A DNA stretch of 64,000 bases from an uncultured Pseudomonadota bacterium (GTDB lineage Bacteria > Oederibacteriota > Muellerivitia > Muellerivitales > Muellerivitaceae). A model generated the notes under the pieces. The model ran no database searches. It was not told the DNA's origin and saw only the letters and a list, made by a program, of their open reading frames with translations. The DNA lies in the NCBI GenBank assembly GCA_963770835.1, contig CAVYRH010000019.1, forward strand, positions 96,001 through 160,000, in the 5' to 3' direction. Both the position numbers and the translations under genes were made by a program. Shown in pieces: positions 20,380-30,498 of this stretch; the stretch's first letter is position 1, and the number at the start of each line of letters is the position of its first letter.

Positions 20380-21423
20380 TTATGACGGTTTAATGGGTTT
20401 TTGACCGATGAGCGTTAAAACCTTACTGGCTATTTCCTTGGTTCCCAAGTGATCCATGCAGGCCATGAGATTGCAATAATCAAGTCCACAATGGCTGCAA
20501 CCGATTTCGGCGTACACATATTGGTGGGGAGCACCGTAAGGGAACCAGATTTCGGTCTCCCCAGGCCCGAATAACCCAAGAGTGGGAGTTCCGACCGCCG
20601 GCCCCACATGCATCGGGCCTGAGTCATTCGCCACCAAAACATCCGCGGCTTCGATAAAGGCCATGAGTCCCCGGATATTGGGCTGGTTGATGAGCATCCA
20701 GTCCTTGTCCATATGGGCCTCAAATTCGGTTACTAAATCCGCCTCTTTCGGGCCGAAAAGGTAGAGAGGCCTTATTCCTTCTCGTTTAAGCCAAAAACCC
20801 AGTTCGATAAAACGTTCCAATGGCCAGCGCTTTGCGGGCCAGGAAGCGCCTGGTAAAAGGGCCGCGACTTTTTCACCGGGTTTAATCCGCGCCCGTTCGA
20901 ACAACTTCCGGACATGATCCTTTTCATCGTCTGTCACCATCAGCGAAGTTTTGTAAGTGGAGGACGGATGAATCCCTAAAACCCGAACTTGGTCCAAATA
21001 GGCCTCCGTTACGGGCCGACGGCCGGAGTCGAGGGCGGGGGAAGAAGGCGGCGCCAGGACGTTGTAAGCCCAAGACCGGCCTCGCATTTCAAAACCCACC
21101 CTGGTCTTCGCGCCGCTCCAAAAGGTCATCTGGGCCGTACGGGGATTGCAGAATAAATCCAAAACCACGTCAAACTTCAAGTTTCGAAGTTCACGAAAGA
21201 AATTCCAAAGGTAGAGGAGATTATTCTTTTGCCCCATATCGAAAGAAAGAACACCCGCCACATCAGGATGGTTTTGGAGGACCTCCGAGTAAGAATATTC
21301 AGTTAAGAACCATATCTCAATGCTTGGATTTTCTCGGCACAGGGCGTCCGCCAAACCCGTTGCCAGAATGATGTCCCCCAGGAACCGGGGACGGATAATA
21401 AGAGCTTTGTTAAATCGATTCAT
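20380..21423 (-). CDS. GT9 family glycosyltransferase
   Basis: LIIRPRFLGDIIL, PGASWPAKRWP, NDSGPMH. Confidence 0.9.
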   Translation of the reverse strand: MNRFNKALIIRPRFLGDIILATGLADALCRENPSIEIWFLTEYSYSEVLQNHPDVAGVLSFDMGQKNNLLYLWNFFRELRNLKFDVVLDLFCNPRTAQMTFWSGAKTRVGFEMRGRSWAYNVLAPPSSPALDSGRRPVTEAYLDQVRVLGIHPSSTYKTSLMVTDDEKDHVRKLFERARIKPGEKVAALLPGASWPAKRWPLERFIELGFWLKREGIRPLYLFGPKEADLVTEFEAHMDKDWMLINQPNIRGLMAFIEAADVLVANDSGPMHVGPAVGTPTLGLFGPGETEIWFPYGAPHQYVYAEIGCSHCGLDYCNLMACMDHLGTKEIASKVLTLIGQKPIKPS

Positions 21424-21480
21424 TAGCGCCTGTCAAAGTTACGCCTAAATTCTTTTTCCCACACCGAAATTCATTGGTGG

Positions 21481-22548
21481 TTAAAAGTGTTTTGGTAATG
21501 GTTCGGCTTTCATTTTTTGTGGTTTCTTCAGTTTTTTCATAACGGCCTCGTAAACCTCTTGCACCGAAATGGCATGCAGACACTTGTACCCGATAGGGCA
21601 GGACCTTTGGAAGCAGGGACTGCATTCCAGGTGCTTGTAAATCACTTCGTGCCCTATTCCAAAAGGGCGGGTCCAGGTGGGTGAAGTGGATCCGAAAAGC
21701 GCCACAGTGGGGATCCCTACCGCCGCCGCCACATGCATTGGGCCTGTATCATTCGTCACCAGTAGTTTGCATTTGGAAAGCATGGCGGCCAGGATGGTGG
21801 GAGAAGTACGACCTGCCAAAAGGTGCAGTCTTGCCGAGTCTCGGCTTCCCCACCCTTCTAAAAGCGGATTCAAATAGGCCTCTTCTTCCATACCGCCAAA
21901 GATTAAAAATGACTCTTTTCGTGAAGCCATAAGTTTTCCAATTAATTCTTTCCAATAGGGCAGTGGCCATCGTTTGGCGGGGCCGTAAGTGGCACCCGGT
22001 GCCAGTGCTAGGAAGGATTTTTTCGAGGGAACTCCCGCGTCCATCCATACTCGGTGAAGCCCCCGCGTGGCTTCCGGAGTGATGGCGCCATGAAGTTGCG
22101 CAGGACCTTTCGGAACCCCTATTTCAAGTCCTTTTTGGGCCAATTCGAGGTATTCCCAGACCAAGTGTTTTTGCCGTGGTTGGGAATGGGGCACCACGCG
22201 GGTTAGGAATATGTCCCGCCCTTCCCCACCCCATCCGATGCGAACTGGAATTTCAGCAACGAAGCCAAGAAAGGCTGAAGAAAAGGAAGTGGGAAGGATC
22301 AATGAGACGTCAAACTGTTTCTGTTTAAGGGTTGAAGCGGTTTTCCAAAAACCGCCAAATCCTTTTTCCAAACCAATGACATCATTCACCCCTTGAAAAT
22401 CTTTCCAAAAAGTAGAGAAAACGGGTTTGGTCAGGATAGACAACTTCGCTTTCGGAAACATTTTTCTTATTGCCGATACAACCGGCGTGGACATCATGGT
22501 ATCCCCCAACCAGTTGGGAACTCGGATGAGGATGTTGGAATGGTTCAC
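21481..22548 (-). CDS. waaF: Lipopolysaccharide heptosyltransferase II
   Basis: ILIRVPNWLGD, APGATYGPAKRWP, NDTGPMH, CSPCFQRSCP. GTG start at 22548 overlaps the upstream stop (GTGA). Confidence 0.85.
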   Translation of the reverse strand: MNHSNILIRVPNWLGDTMMSTPVVSAIRKMFPKAKLSILTKPVFSTFWKDFQGVNDVIGLEKGFGGFWKTASTLKQKQFDVSLILPTSFSSAFLGFVAEIPVRIGWGGEGRDIFLTRVVPHSQPRQKHLVWEYLELAQKGLEIGVPKGPAQLHGAITPEATRGLHRVWMDAGVPSKKSFLALAPGATYGPAKRWPLPYWKELIGKLMASRKESFLIFGGMEEEAYLNPLLEGWGSRDSARLHLLAGRTSPTILAAMLSKCKLLVTNDTGPMHVAAAVGIPTVALFGSTSPTWTRPFGIGHEVIYKHLECSPCFQRSCPIGYKCLHAISVQEVYEAVMKKLKKPQKMKAEPLPKHF

Positions 22549-23624
22549 CGGCTTCTCCTGATCGACCGTTTGACTGCCCCTTCCACCAAATCCACGGTCA
22601 GGTCCTTCATGCACTTAAAATGGCCCAAGGGACAGGCGGTCTTGCCGTGTACATCACAAGGGCGGCAGGGCAGGTTGGAAACTTCCACGACCGAATGAGG
22701 GCCCCAGGGCTCGAAGCCTAAGGAAGGCGTGGTGGAACCGTAAATCACCACTACCCGGCAACCCCGGCCGGAGGCCAAGTGGGTCAACCCCGAGTCATTG
22801 CCAATAAAAAGATCACACCGCCCTAAAAGGGTGATGGCCTGCTCCAGCGAATATTGTCCTGCCAAATTGATTCCCTGTTCCAAAGGTGTTCCCCGCACTT
22901 TGGCTTTGATGGACCCAATCAAGGATGCTTCCTCAGGGCTTCCAAACCAAAAGAGGGTGCAACGGTAGTCCTCCACCAGCCGGGAAGCCAGCTCCGCGTA
23001 TCTTTCGGGCATCCAGCGCTTGGTGTTCCATTTCGCGCCGGGTCCCAGGCCGATAACCAATTGGGTGGGCGCGATTTTCCGGCGTTCCAGGAACTCCCTC
23101 AAGAAAGACTGGTCTTTATGGGAAACCTGGATTTCAAACTTGATCTTAAGGTGGGGCCGAACCCCCAAGGGCTCCAGGATTCGAAGGTACTTTTGAATGG
23201 TATGAAGGCTGGGTCCGCTTCCCAGCTTTTTCACCAACAACCGCCGCCGAAGCGCTTCCTTGTCATAAACCAGAAGTCGGGCTTTCCGCAGGAAAAAGGC
23301 GATGATCTGGGTCCTTAAGGAATCGTGCAGATCGAGGATCAGGGTGGGATTGATGCGTCGAAGCTCCTGGATATGCGACCAAAGCTTAAAAAAGCCCGAT
23401 CCTTCCAGGGGAATAACACGGGTCAATGCCGGATGGTTCTGGAGCACGGCCGCATATTGCCGCTTCGTGGCGAAGTAGATCTGGGCGCGGGGGAAAGCCG
23501 CCAAAAGGCCGTCTAAAACGGGATTGGTCAACGCTACATCACCCAGGGAGGAATAGCGCAAGATCAGAATACGCAGGGGGCCTTGACTCGGTGTTTTTTC
23601 CGCCGGAGTTGTTTTCGATGCCAT
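22545..23624 (-). CDS. GT9 family glycosyltransferase
   Basis: ILRYSSLGDV, PGAKWNTKRW, NDSGLTH, CRPC..HG...CP.GHFKCM. Confidence 0.9.
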   Translation of the reverse strand: MASKTTPAEKTPSQGPLRILILRYSSLGDVALTNPVLDGLLAAFPRAQIYFATKRQYAAVLQNHPALTRVIPLEGSGFFKLWSHIQELRRINPTLILDLHDSLRTQIIAFFLRKARLLVYDKEALRRRLLVKKLGSGPSLHTIQKYLRILEPLGVRPHLKIKFEIQVSHKDQSFLREFLERRKIAPTQLVIGLGPGAKWNTKRWMPERYAELASRLVEDYRCTLFWFGSPEEASLIGSIKAKVRGTPLEQGINLAGQYSLEQAITLLGRCDLFIGNDSGLTHLASGRGCRVVVIYGSTTPSLGFEPWGPHSVVEVSNLPCRPCDVHGKTACPLGHFKCMKDLTVDLVEGAVKRSIRRSR

Positions 23625-23723
23625 TAGCCCTCAGTGAATGAGCTGTTCGGAACTTTCAAGACCTTTAAAAACGGCTCTTTTCGATGGAATCCTTAAACTC
23701 TACTACCAAAAACCCAGCATGGT

Positions 23724-24845
23724 TCAGTTGGTGGTACAGGCTAGGGAGATGTTCTTTAAAACCGTATCCCAATGGCTCTTTCCGCCCGTGACTTCCCACT
23801 TTATTTCAAGGACTAGGATGGGAATATCCAATTTCATCCCGCGGGGCAGTTTCACTTCGTCCTTTTGGGTTGTCACCAGGTATTGAAGGCCCCTCAATTT
23901 GGCGTCCTCTAAAATATCCCTTAATTTCTCCTCCGTATAGGGGAAATGGTCGCGCAGGGTATAAGCGTGGCGGATCAGCACCTTGAACTCCGCCAGAGTG
24001 CGGATAAAGGAAAGCGGGTTGGCGACCCCCGAAAAAGCCCCTACCGAAACCCGGTCCAGCGAAGAGGGTTTGACTTCTTTTCCAGTTTGAAAGTCCTTTA
24101 AAACCATCGGCTTGTAACAGGATTCCACGATGTAAGCGCGGGGATTGTGGCGCTGTAGGACGGTACGGATATCCTCCGGGCTTCGGGCCAGGTTCACCTT
24201 GTTCAAGACGAAGACATCGGCCTCGCCCAAGGCGCCCAAAGGTTCCCGCAAGAGGCCCGCTGGCAGGACCCATCCCGTGCTGAAAGGATTGATGCCGTCC
24301 ACGATGAGGATGTCCAGGTCGCGGTGAAGCTCGAAGCGCCGCTGGTAGCCGTCGTCCAGGATGAAAAGGTCGGGTTTGAATTCCCTCAGCGCTTCCTGGC
24401 CCGCCTCATAACGGTCCTTCGCGACCAGGACGGCCGCTTCGGGCACGCTCTCGGCGATTAAAAGCGGCTCATCCCCGCCTTCCGCCGCGTCGGCCAACAA
24501 CTTTTTACCGTTGGAAACCCAAACGAGGGAAGAACTTTTCCGCATCCGCCGGTAACCCCGGCTCAAGACCGCCACCCGCTTTCCTGCCTGGGAAAAATGA
24601 CGGGCGAGGGCGATAACCACCGGTGTCTTCCCCGTCCCTCCCGTCGTGATGTTGCCCACACTAACCACCGGGCAGGTCAATCTTTTGCGCCGGAGCAGTC
24701 CCGAACGGTAAGAAGTTTTCCGGGTCCACCATCCGGCCAAGAAAAAGAAGGAAACAACTTTGAGGAAAGAAAAGACGGCTTTGTCCCGCCAGGTGTGGGG
24801 TTTGTCGTGAAGGAATTTAAGATAGGCGGTTTCAAAGTCGCTCAA
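23724..24845 (-). CDS. lpxK: Tetraacyldisaccharide 4'-kinase
   Basis: VGNITTGGTGKTP, LSRGY, GDEP, LDDG, PAGLLREP. Confidence 0.95.
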   Translation of the reverse strand: MSDFETAYLKFLHDKPHTWRDKAVFSFLKVVSFFFLAGWWTRKTSYRSGLLRRKRLTCPVVSVGNITTGGTGKTPVVIALARHFSQAGKRVAVLSRGYRRMRKSSSLVWVSNGKKLLADAAEGGDEPLLIAESVPEAAVLVAKDRYEAGQEALREFKPDLFILDDGYQRRFELHRDLDILIVDGINPFSTGWVLPAGLLREPLGALGEADVFVLNKVNLARSPEDIRTVLQRHNPRAYIVESCYKPMVLKDFQTGKEVKPSSLDRVSVGAFSGVANPLSFIRTLAEFKVLIRHAYTLRDHFPYTEEKLRDILEDAKLRGLQYLVTTQKDEVKLPRGMKLDIPILVLEIKWEVTGGKSHWDTVLKNISLACTTN

Positions 24846-24897
24846 CGGAAATCCTTTTTTAAATTCTTCACCCTATTTAACAAAGGGGGATGAAGGA

Positions 24898-26196
24898 TCA
24901 AGTTTCTTCGGCAAGATTAATCGGCCAATGAGCCACCACCTGTTGAACGGTCCGCTCCGTGGCCCCCCGCATGGAAACCACCGAATCATAAGCCCGGTTT
25001 CCCGCCTCCCTCGCCAGATCTGAATCCAGGAACTTTTGGAAGCCGCTCAACAATTCCGTCCCATCATCCACCAGAAGCCCGCCCCCGGATTCGATCAGGG
25101 CCTGCGCTGCTTCCCCCACGTTTTGCGTGTAACGTCCGAAACAAACCGGCACGTGGGACAAAGCCGGTTCCATCACGTTGTGTCCGCCGACGGGAACCAG
25201 GGTTCCCCCCACGAAGGCGGCCCGGGACAAGGCATAAGCTAAAGATAACTCCCCGACTGTATCCAGCACAATAACTCGTTCTGGGCCGAGCCCCTTTTCC
25301 AACTCACTGCGGAAGACGTTGTTAATCCCGAGCTCCTTCAGTTTTTGGCGGTATATCTCGACATTCTTGAGGTGACGGGGCGCGATTAAAACCTTCACAT
25401 CGGGGGAAAGGCGCAACATTTCCGGCAAAAGCGGCAGGAGCTGGTCATCCTCTCCGCTTCGAAGGCTTCCCAAGATAAAAAGGATGTCCCGGTTCAAAAG
25501 GCGCAATTTCTCCTTAAATTTCTGGGCTGCCAGGGCGTCCGGGGCTTGACGGTCATATTTCATTTGGCCCATCACTTGGATCCGCTTCCGGGATACTCCC
25601 AAGGTCTCCAACCTGTCGGCGTCCTGCCGGGTTTGGACCAGGCAGGTGTTGAAGCAATTCAAGACGGGGGAAAAGAGCCTTTTCAGGCGGCGGTAGGAGG
25701 GAAAACTCCGGTCGGAGATACGTCCATTGATGAGAAGAAGCGGGATCCCGTTTTGCCCTGTGCGAAGGAACCAATTGGGCCAGAATTCGGTCTCCGCCAC
25801 CAGGATCATCACAGGCCGGAATGCTTGGAAGGCCCTCTTGAGTGGCGGGGTCATATCCAGGGGGGCTAGGAAAACCTCATCGGCCACTTCCTTTTCTAGG
25901 GCGATTTTCTTCCCCATTTCAGAGGTGGTGGTCAGGAGGATGCGGGCCTCCGGTTTGGCTTTGCGGAAAGCGTTGCAAAAAGGGGTAATGGCATTCACTT
26001 CCCCGGCTGAGGCCGCGTGCAGCCAAACGTTATAACCAATTGCGAGTTTTTGAACTTTTTCCTTCGGATAAAAACCCAGGCGTTCCCTAAAAGATACCGA
26101 ATGGTAAAAAAGAGAAATCGACCTCAGCGGAAGATATAAAAGGAACATCCCCAACCGATAAATCCATGACAGGACCATTGTTAATAAGCTTTGCAT
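24898..26196 (-). CDS. waaA: 3-deoxy-D-manno-octulosonic acid (Kdo) transferase
   Basis: WLHAASAGE, ETEFWPN, NGRISDRS, APRH, FVGGTL..GGHN.MEP. Confidence 0.95.
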   Translation of the reverse strand: MQSLLTMVLSWIYRLGMFLLYLPLRSISLFYHSVSFRERLGFYPKEKVQKLAIGYNVWLHAASAGEVNAITPFCNAFRKAKPEARILLTTTSEMGKKIALEKEVADEVFLAPLDMTPPLKRAFQAFRPVMILVAETEFWPNWFLRTGQNGIPLLLINGRISDRSFPSYRRLKRLFSPVLNCFNTCLVQTRQDADRLETLGVSRKRIQVMGQMKYDRQAPDALAAQKFKEKLRLLNRDILFILGSLRSGEDDQLLPLLPEMLRLSPDVKVLIAPRHLKNVEIYRQKLKELGINNVFRSELEKGLGPERVIVLDTVGELSLAYALSRAAFVGGTLVPVGGHNVMEPALSHVPVCFGRYTQNVGEAAQALIESGGGLLVDDGTELLSGFQKFLDSDLAREAGNRAYDSVVSMRGATERTVQQVVAHWPINLAEET

Positions 26197-26207
26197 TTTT
26201 ACCTTTG

Positions 26208-26864
26208 TTATTGGTTGATAAAATAATTCTCGGCTTCTGCGGTCACCCGATCCAATTCCTTTTGAATCCTCTGGAAATACTCTTCATCGTCTCCCCCTTC
26301 TGCCGGAACTGGGATAGGCTCGCCATAGACGAACACCGCTCGGGAAAAGGGCTTGGGAATGATGAACTGGTCCCAGCTTTTCAGGCGCCAGCAATGCTCC
26401 GCCGCGAAGCCAAAAGGCACGACGGGAGACCCTGTCAAACGGGCGATCTGGACGGCACCCATTTTCATGACCCGGCGAGGACCTCGGGGGCCGTCCGGCG
26501 TAATGGCACAGCGCTTCCCCGCCCTCAAATCATCCACCATCTCACGGGTGGCTTCTTTGCCACCCTTGGAGCTGGAACCCCGGACGGCTGTGTAACCAAA
26601 AAACTTTCCAACGGTGGTGATCAGTTCACCGTCCCGGCTGGCCGATATCATCACGTGCACGTCTTGGTCCCGGTGGTACCAAACGCTCATCAAAATCGTC
26701 TCGTGCCAGAGGGCCCAAAGGGGAGGCTGATCCTGCTTCGCCCGGGGTCCCAAATCGGACCGGCCCAAGGATTTGATCCGCAGGGTTAATCCGATTAGAT
26801 GGATTAAGGGTGTTGCAATAAGAACGATGAGCCAATCCAACAGGGAAAGCTTATGATTGCGCAA
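26208..26864 (-). CDS. DUF374-type lysophospholipid acyltransferase-family protein
   Basis: LWH, ISASRDGE, VRGSSSKGG, ITPDGPRGP, SWDQF.IPKPF; lies between lpxB and waaA. Confidence 0.85.
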   Translation of the reverse strand: MRNHKLSLLDWLIVLIATPLIHLIGLTLRIKSLGRSDLGPRAKQDQPPLWALWHETILMSVWYHRDQDVHVMISASRDGELITTVGKFFGYTAVRGSSSKGGKEATREMVDDLRAGKRCAITPDGPRGPRRVMKMGAVQIARLTGSPVVPFGFAAEHCWRLKSWDQFIIPKPFSRAVFVYGEPIPVPAEGGDDEEYFQRIQKELDRVTAEAENYFINQ

Positions 26865-26865
26865 T

Positions 26866-28020
26866 TTATTTTTCTTTCAAAAGCTTTAATATCTCCCGGG
26901 CAACATTTTGGGAGGCTTTGGGTGGTCGGGCGATGCTCTTTTTAATTCTTTCGAAATGCCTGACTTGACGGTCCCGGAAATCTTTTTGGTCCAAAATTCG
27001 GTGAGTCTCCGCCACCAGCCGTTTCGGGGTGGCCTTTTCCTGGAGAAGCTCGGTCACCACGGTTTGACCGGCCAAGAGGTTCACCAAGGAAACATCCTTA
27101 ACCCTCAAAAGACGCTTGGCTAGGAAGCCCGTCACCGTCGCCACCTTGTAAACCACCACCATGGGCGTTTTCAAAAGGGCCGTTTCAAGGGTGCTGGTAC
27201 CGGATTTGATCCAGGCCGCGTCGCAGGCCTTACGCAAGTCGTAGGCCGGGCCTTCGATGAAAAAAAAGGGGTCGTCTGGGGTAAGTCCGTGAAAATCGGC
27301 CTGCTCGAGGCCATTCGATTTGGGGACAACAAAGGCCGCATCCGGGCAGCTTTTGCGCAGGAGCCGGGAGGCCTTTAAAAATAAAGGCCATAGCTTTTGA
27401 ATCTCCCCCTTTCGGCTTCCGGGCATGGCGCAAATGACGGGAAATCTGGAGTAGGAAATTCCTAATTCCTCCAAAACCGCCTTTCGATGGACGGGTTTCA
27501 AATCCATTTCCTCAATAAGGGGGTTTCCCACATAAACGGCCTGGAGGCCATGTTTGCGGAAATAAGCGGTCTCAAAAGGAAAGATGACGAGAAGTTTTCG
27601 GAGGATTCTTTTCATAGCCTTGACACGGCCTTCGTTCCAAGCCCAAACCTTCGGCGCAACGTAGTAACAGACGGGCACCCCCAGCCAGTGGGCTTTCTCC
27701 GCCAGGCGCAGGTTGAATCCGGGATAGTCCACCAGGAAAAGCAGGCTGGGCTTTTCAGCTTTCAGCCAGTTTTCGCAATTCCGAAGTCGCCGTAGGCTGG
27801 CGGGAAGGTGCCGGACGACTTCCGCCAGGCCCATGACCGCTTTGGGGGTCAAGTCCTCGCGGACCTCCATACCGGCCCGCGACATGAGGGGGCCTCCCAG
27901 GCCGAAAATCCTTAAATTCTTGTTTTTCTGAAGGAGGGTCTCAATGACTTTGGCCGCGTGCATATCCCCGGAAGCCTCGCCGGCGATCATCATGATGGAT
28001 CGGAATGAAGCAGGGGGCAT
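26866..28020 (-). CDS. lpxB: Lipid-A-disaccharide synthase
   Basis: IAGEASGD, VDYPGFN, YYVAPKVWAW, IFPFE, PGSR..E, SGTSTLE. Start probably ATG 28020. Confidence 0.95.
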   Translation of the reverse strand: MPPASFRSIMMIAGEASGDMHAAKVIETLLQKNKNLRIFGLGGPLMSRAGMEVREDLTPKAVMGLAEVVRHLPASLRRLRNCENWLKAEKPSLLFLVDYPGFNLRLAEKAHWLGVPVCYYVAPKVWAWNEGRVKAMKRILRKLLVIFPFETAYFRKHGLQAVYVGNPLIEEMDLKPVHRKAVLEELGISYSRFPVICAMPGSRKGEIQKLWPLFLKASRLLRKSCPDAAFVVPKSNGLEQADFHGLTPDDPFFFIEGPAYDLRKACDAAWIKSGTSTLETALLKTPMVVVYKVATVTGFLAKRLLRVKDVSLVNLLAGQTVVTELLQEKATPKRLVAETHRILDQKDFRDRQVRHFERIKKSIARPPKASQNVAREILKLLKEK

Positions 28021-28058
28021 CTCGGGACTTTCCGGGGCAAAAACCAGCCCCGGATTTT

Positions 28059-29213
28059 TTAAGGGGTTGGCTGCTTGCCGTCTAAGAGTTGTTGATACCA
28101 CTGAAGGTGTTGGTCCACCCAAGGTTCCAGGCTGAAACGCAAAGCTATTTTACGGGTTTCCCGGCTGAATTTCGCCATTAAAGCCTTTGACCTTAAAACC
28201 TTGTTGAGGGTGTTCGACCATTCCTGGGGATCATCCGTATCAAGAACCAATCCTCCCTGGGCCTTGCCGGGGGTTGTTTCCAGTATCTCAGCCAACCCTC
28301 CTCCCCTACGCGCCACGACCGGGCGCCCGCAAGCCATAGCTTCCGCCACTGCCATGCCAAAGGATTCGGCTTCGGCCATATGAACCACCAAATCCGTAGC
28401 CGAGAGGAATTCGGATACGCTAGGGACGTACCCTTCATAAACAAAAACCTTTTCAATGCCCAGTTTTTTCCGAAGTTCCAATATTTTCTCGAAATACCAA
28501 CTTTCATCGGGAGAGTGTTTTCCGACAACCCTGAATCGGACTTTTGGCCTTTGGGCCACCAGCTTGGCGGCCGTGTGGAGGAAGAGTTCGTGGCCCTTGT
28601 GCGGCGTGATCCTAGAAACCATTCCGATGACTTCGTTTTTATCCCACCCCCAGCTTTTTCGTAGTCTTTTCCGGGAAGCGGCTTTGAAATTGAACTCCTT
28701 GAGATCAACCGGCATGAAAGATGTGATGACCTTTTCGGGAATGACCGGACATGTCTCCAATACGTTCCGGCGGATGAACCCCGAACAGGTCAATACAAGG
28801 TCCAATCTTCGGTAAAGCCGTTGATGGAGAAAGCCTTTTTTAAGAACAGCCGAAGCCACGTGCTTGGTAAGAACTAACGGTCCTTTCCATCCCGAAAGGG
28901 CCAAGGCTGGAACCACCGACCACAAATCCCGCGTGTGATGGAGATGAAGGATATCCGGTGATTCCTTACGTAATGCCGAACGTATCTCCTGGATGCTGAC
29001 GGGGCTGAAATGACTATGGAAATGAAAGGCCTGGGTCAGCAACCCCCGTTCCCGGGCCTTTTTTCCCAGGAATGAATCTGGGTCGGCCCAAATTGAAACT
29101 TGGTGGTTTCTCTTGCGCAAACCGGAAGCCAATAAGAGAGGGGCCAGTTCCCTTCCGCCTTCGCCGCGGGAAGCAAGAGCCTGGACGATACGAAAACGGG
29201 AATGGATACCCAC
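28059..29213 (-). CDS. GT4 family glycosyltransferase
   Basis: GGRE, KGHE, ESFGMAVAEAMACGRPVV. GTG start at 29213 with GAGG RBS. Confidence 0.88.
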   Translation of the reverse strand: MGIHSRFRIVQALASRGEGGRELAPLLLASGLRKRNHQVSIWADPDSFLGKKARERGLLTQAFHFHSHFSPVSIQEIRSALRKESPDILHLHHTRDLWSVVPALALSGWKGPLVLTKHVASAVLKKGFLHQRLYRRLDLVLTCSGFIRRNVLETCPVIPEKVITSFMPVDLKEFNFKAASRKRLRKSWGWDKNEVIGMVSRITPHKGHELFLHTAAKLVAQRPKVRFRVVGKHSPDESWYFEKILELRKKLGIEKVFVYEGYVPSVSEFLSATDLVVHMAEAESFGMAVAEAMACGRPVVARRGGGLAEILETTPGKAQGGLVLDTDDPQEWSNTLNKVLRSKALMAKFSRETRKIALRFSLEPWVDQHLQWYQQLLDGKQPTP

Positions 29214-29406
29214 AATTACCTCATGAAGTGAAGTTGCTAAACCCGTGACAACCAAAAAGTAGCATTAGTTTGACGTTTGAATGTCGTAAGTGTGCCGAAA
29301 AAAGAGTGAGTTTGTGATTTCAGGATTATTTTATGGTTTTACCACGTAAAAGCATGCAGAGGACTTCAGAATCTTGGAATAACACGGTATTTATAGAATG
29401 GAACCG

Positions 29407-30498
29407 CTAATAAGAGGGTGTAACGGGAATAATGGTGAACCGGAAGTTGAAATACCCCAGCACAGCGAAACCGTGGTCCCATTTTTCATAGCCAAGGTTG
29501 AAGGCAAATAACCCGTCAATTTGGGAATCCAGGAGAACGGGATTTTCATACATGGGGAAGGGTTTCCAGATCTCAAATTTCCAATTGGTGTCCAAAAACC
29601 TGGTGTTGAACCCGGTATAAAAAATGTTCGGCGGGTCAACCGCGATATCCGATAATTTAGACGTCGTGAGGGGGATCAGCTGGGAATAAGTCATACTTGG
29701 GCCAAAATCCCCCAACCCAATACTTTGCATGGCCTGGCCAAAGCCGTAAATGTATCCGAAATGGACCGCCGAACCCCTGGCGATGCTTTTGCTCATGACG
29801 GTGTAAACCCCGCCTACCGAATTACCGGTCAGGGTGAAGCTGTCGCTGCCCGCTGATCCCGATGAGCTGGGAGTACCGCCGTTGAGCAGTTCGGACAATA
29901 GGATTCCGGAGGCGAAGGCCGGTGCGTCCCCATCTTCATCCAGCCACGCGTATTTAACGTCGCTGGTCAGCATCCAAAGCCTTAAGGGGTTGAGGTAATC
30001 CGCGGGCAGTCCGTCTTCTTTTTCGGCGATGGTACCGATGAGATAAGTGAAGGCGATGTCCCAATTGAAGCCGTCCCAACGGTCCCAACCGTTGGAATAG
30101 GCGGTAGGCCAGAGGGCCAGGGAGGCCCGGGAAATGCTGGGCGTATCGGTCATGGTGGGAGTGGAGGTGGGGATGGTCCCCGTCACGGTCGGAGTAAAGG
30201 TATTAGTAACGGTTGGAGTGGACGTTGGGGATCCAACCGTGGGAGTGTCTGTGGCGAATGGATCCCAGGTATAAGTCCACGTGGGCGTCGCGAAGGGATT
30301 GAACGTAAAGGTCGGGGTGGGGGAGGGTGTGGGTGTTCCCGTGGGAGAGTCGGTATCAACCACGGCCGGGGTAAAGGTGGGAGTCGGAGTCCCTGTCGGG
30401 GAAGCTGTGGGCGCGACCGACTGGGCCCAGGAAAGCGAGGCTGTCAGGAACACCACCAGCTCAACGCAATAGATAAACCTTGACGTTCTTTCTTCCAA
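29407..30498 (-). CDS. Secreted protein with Thr/Pro-rich N-terminus and possible beta-barrel C-terminal domain (start uncertain)
   Basis: Signal-like VVFLTASLSWAQ, TPT repeats, then alternating aromatic beta strands ending FNFRFTIIPVTPSY. The ORF-track start (30600) overlaps the next gene by 140 nt. Confidence 0.65.
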   Translation of the reverse strand: MEERTSRFIYCVELVVFLTASLSWAQSVAPTASPTGTPTPTFTPAVVDTDSPTGTPTPSPTPTFTFNPFATPTWTYTWDPFATDTPTVGSPTSTPTVTNTFTPTVTGTIPTSTPTMTDTPSISRASLALWPTAYSNGWDRWDGFNWDIAFTYLIGTIAEKEDGLPADYLNPLRLWMLTSDVKYAWLDEDGDAPAFASGILLSELLNGGTPSSSGSAGSDSFTLTGNSVGGVYTVMSKSIARGSAVHFGYIYGFGQAMQSIGLGDFGPSMTYSQLIPLTTSKLSDIAVDPPNIFYTGFNTRFLDTNWKFEIWKPFPMYENPVLLDSQIDGLFAFNLGYEKWDHGFAVLGYFNFRFTIIPVTPSY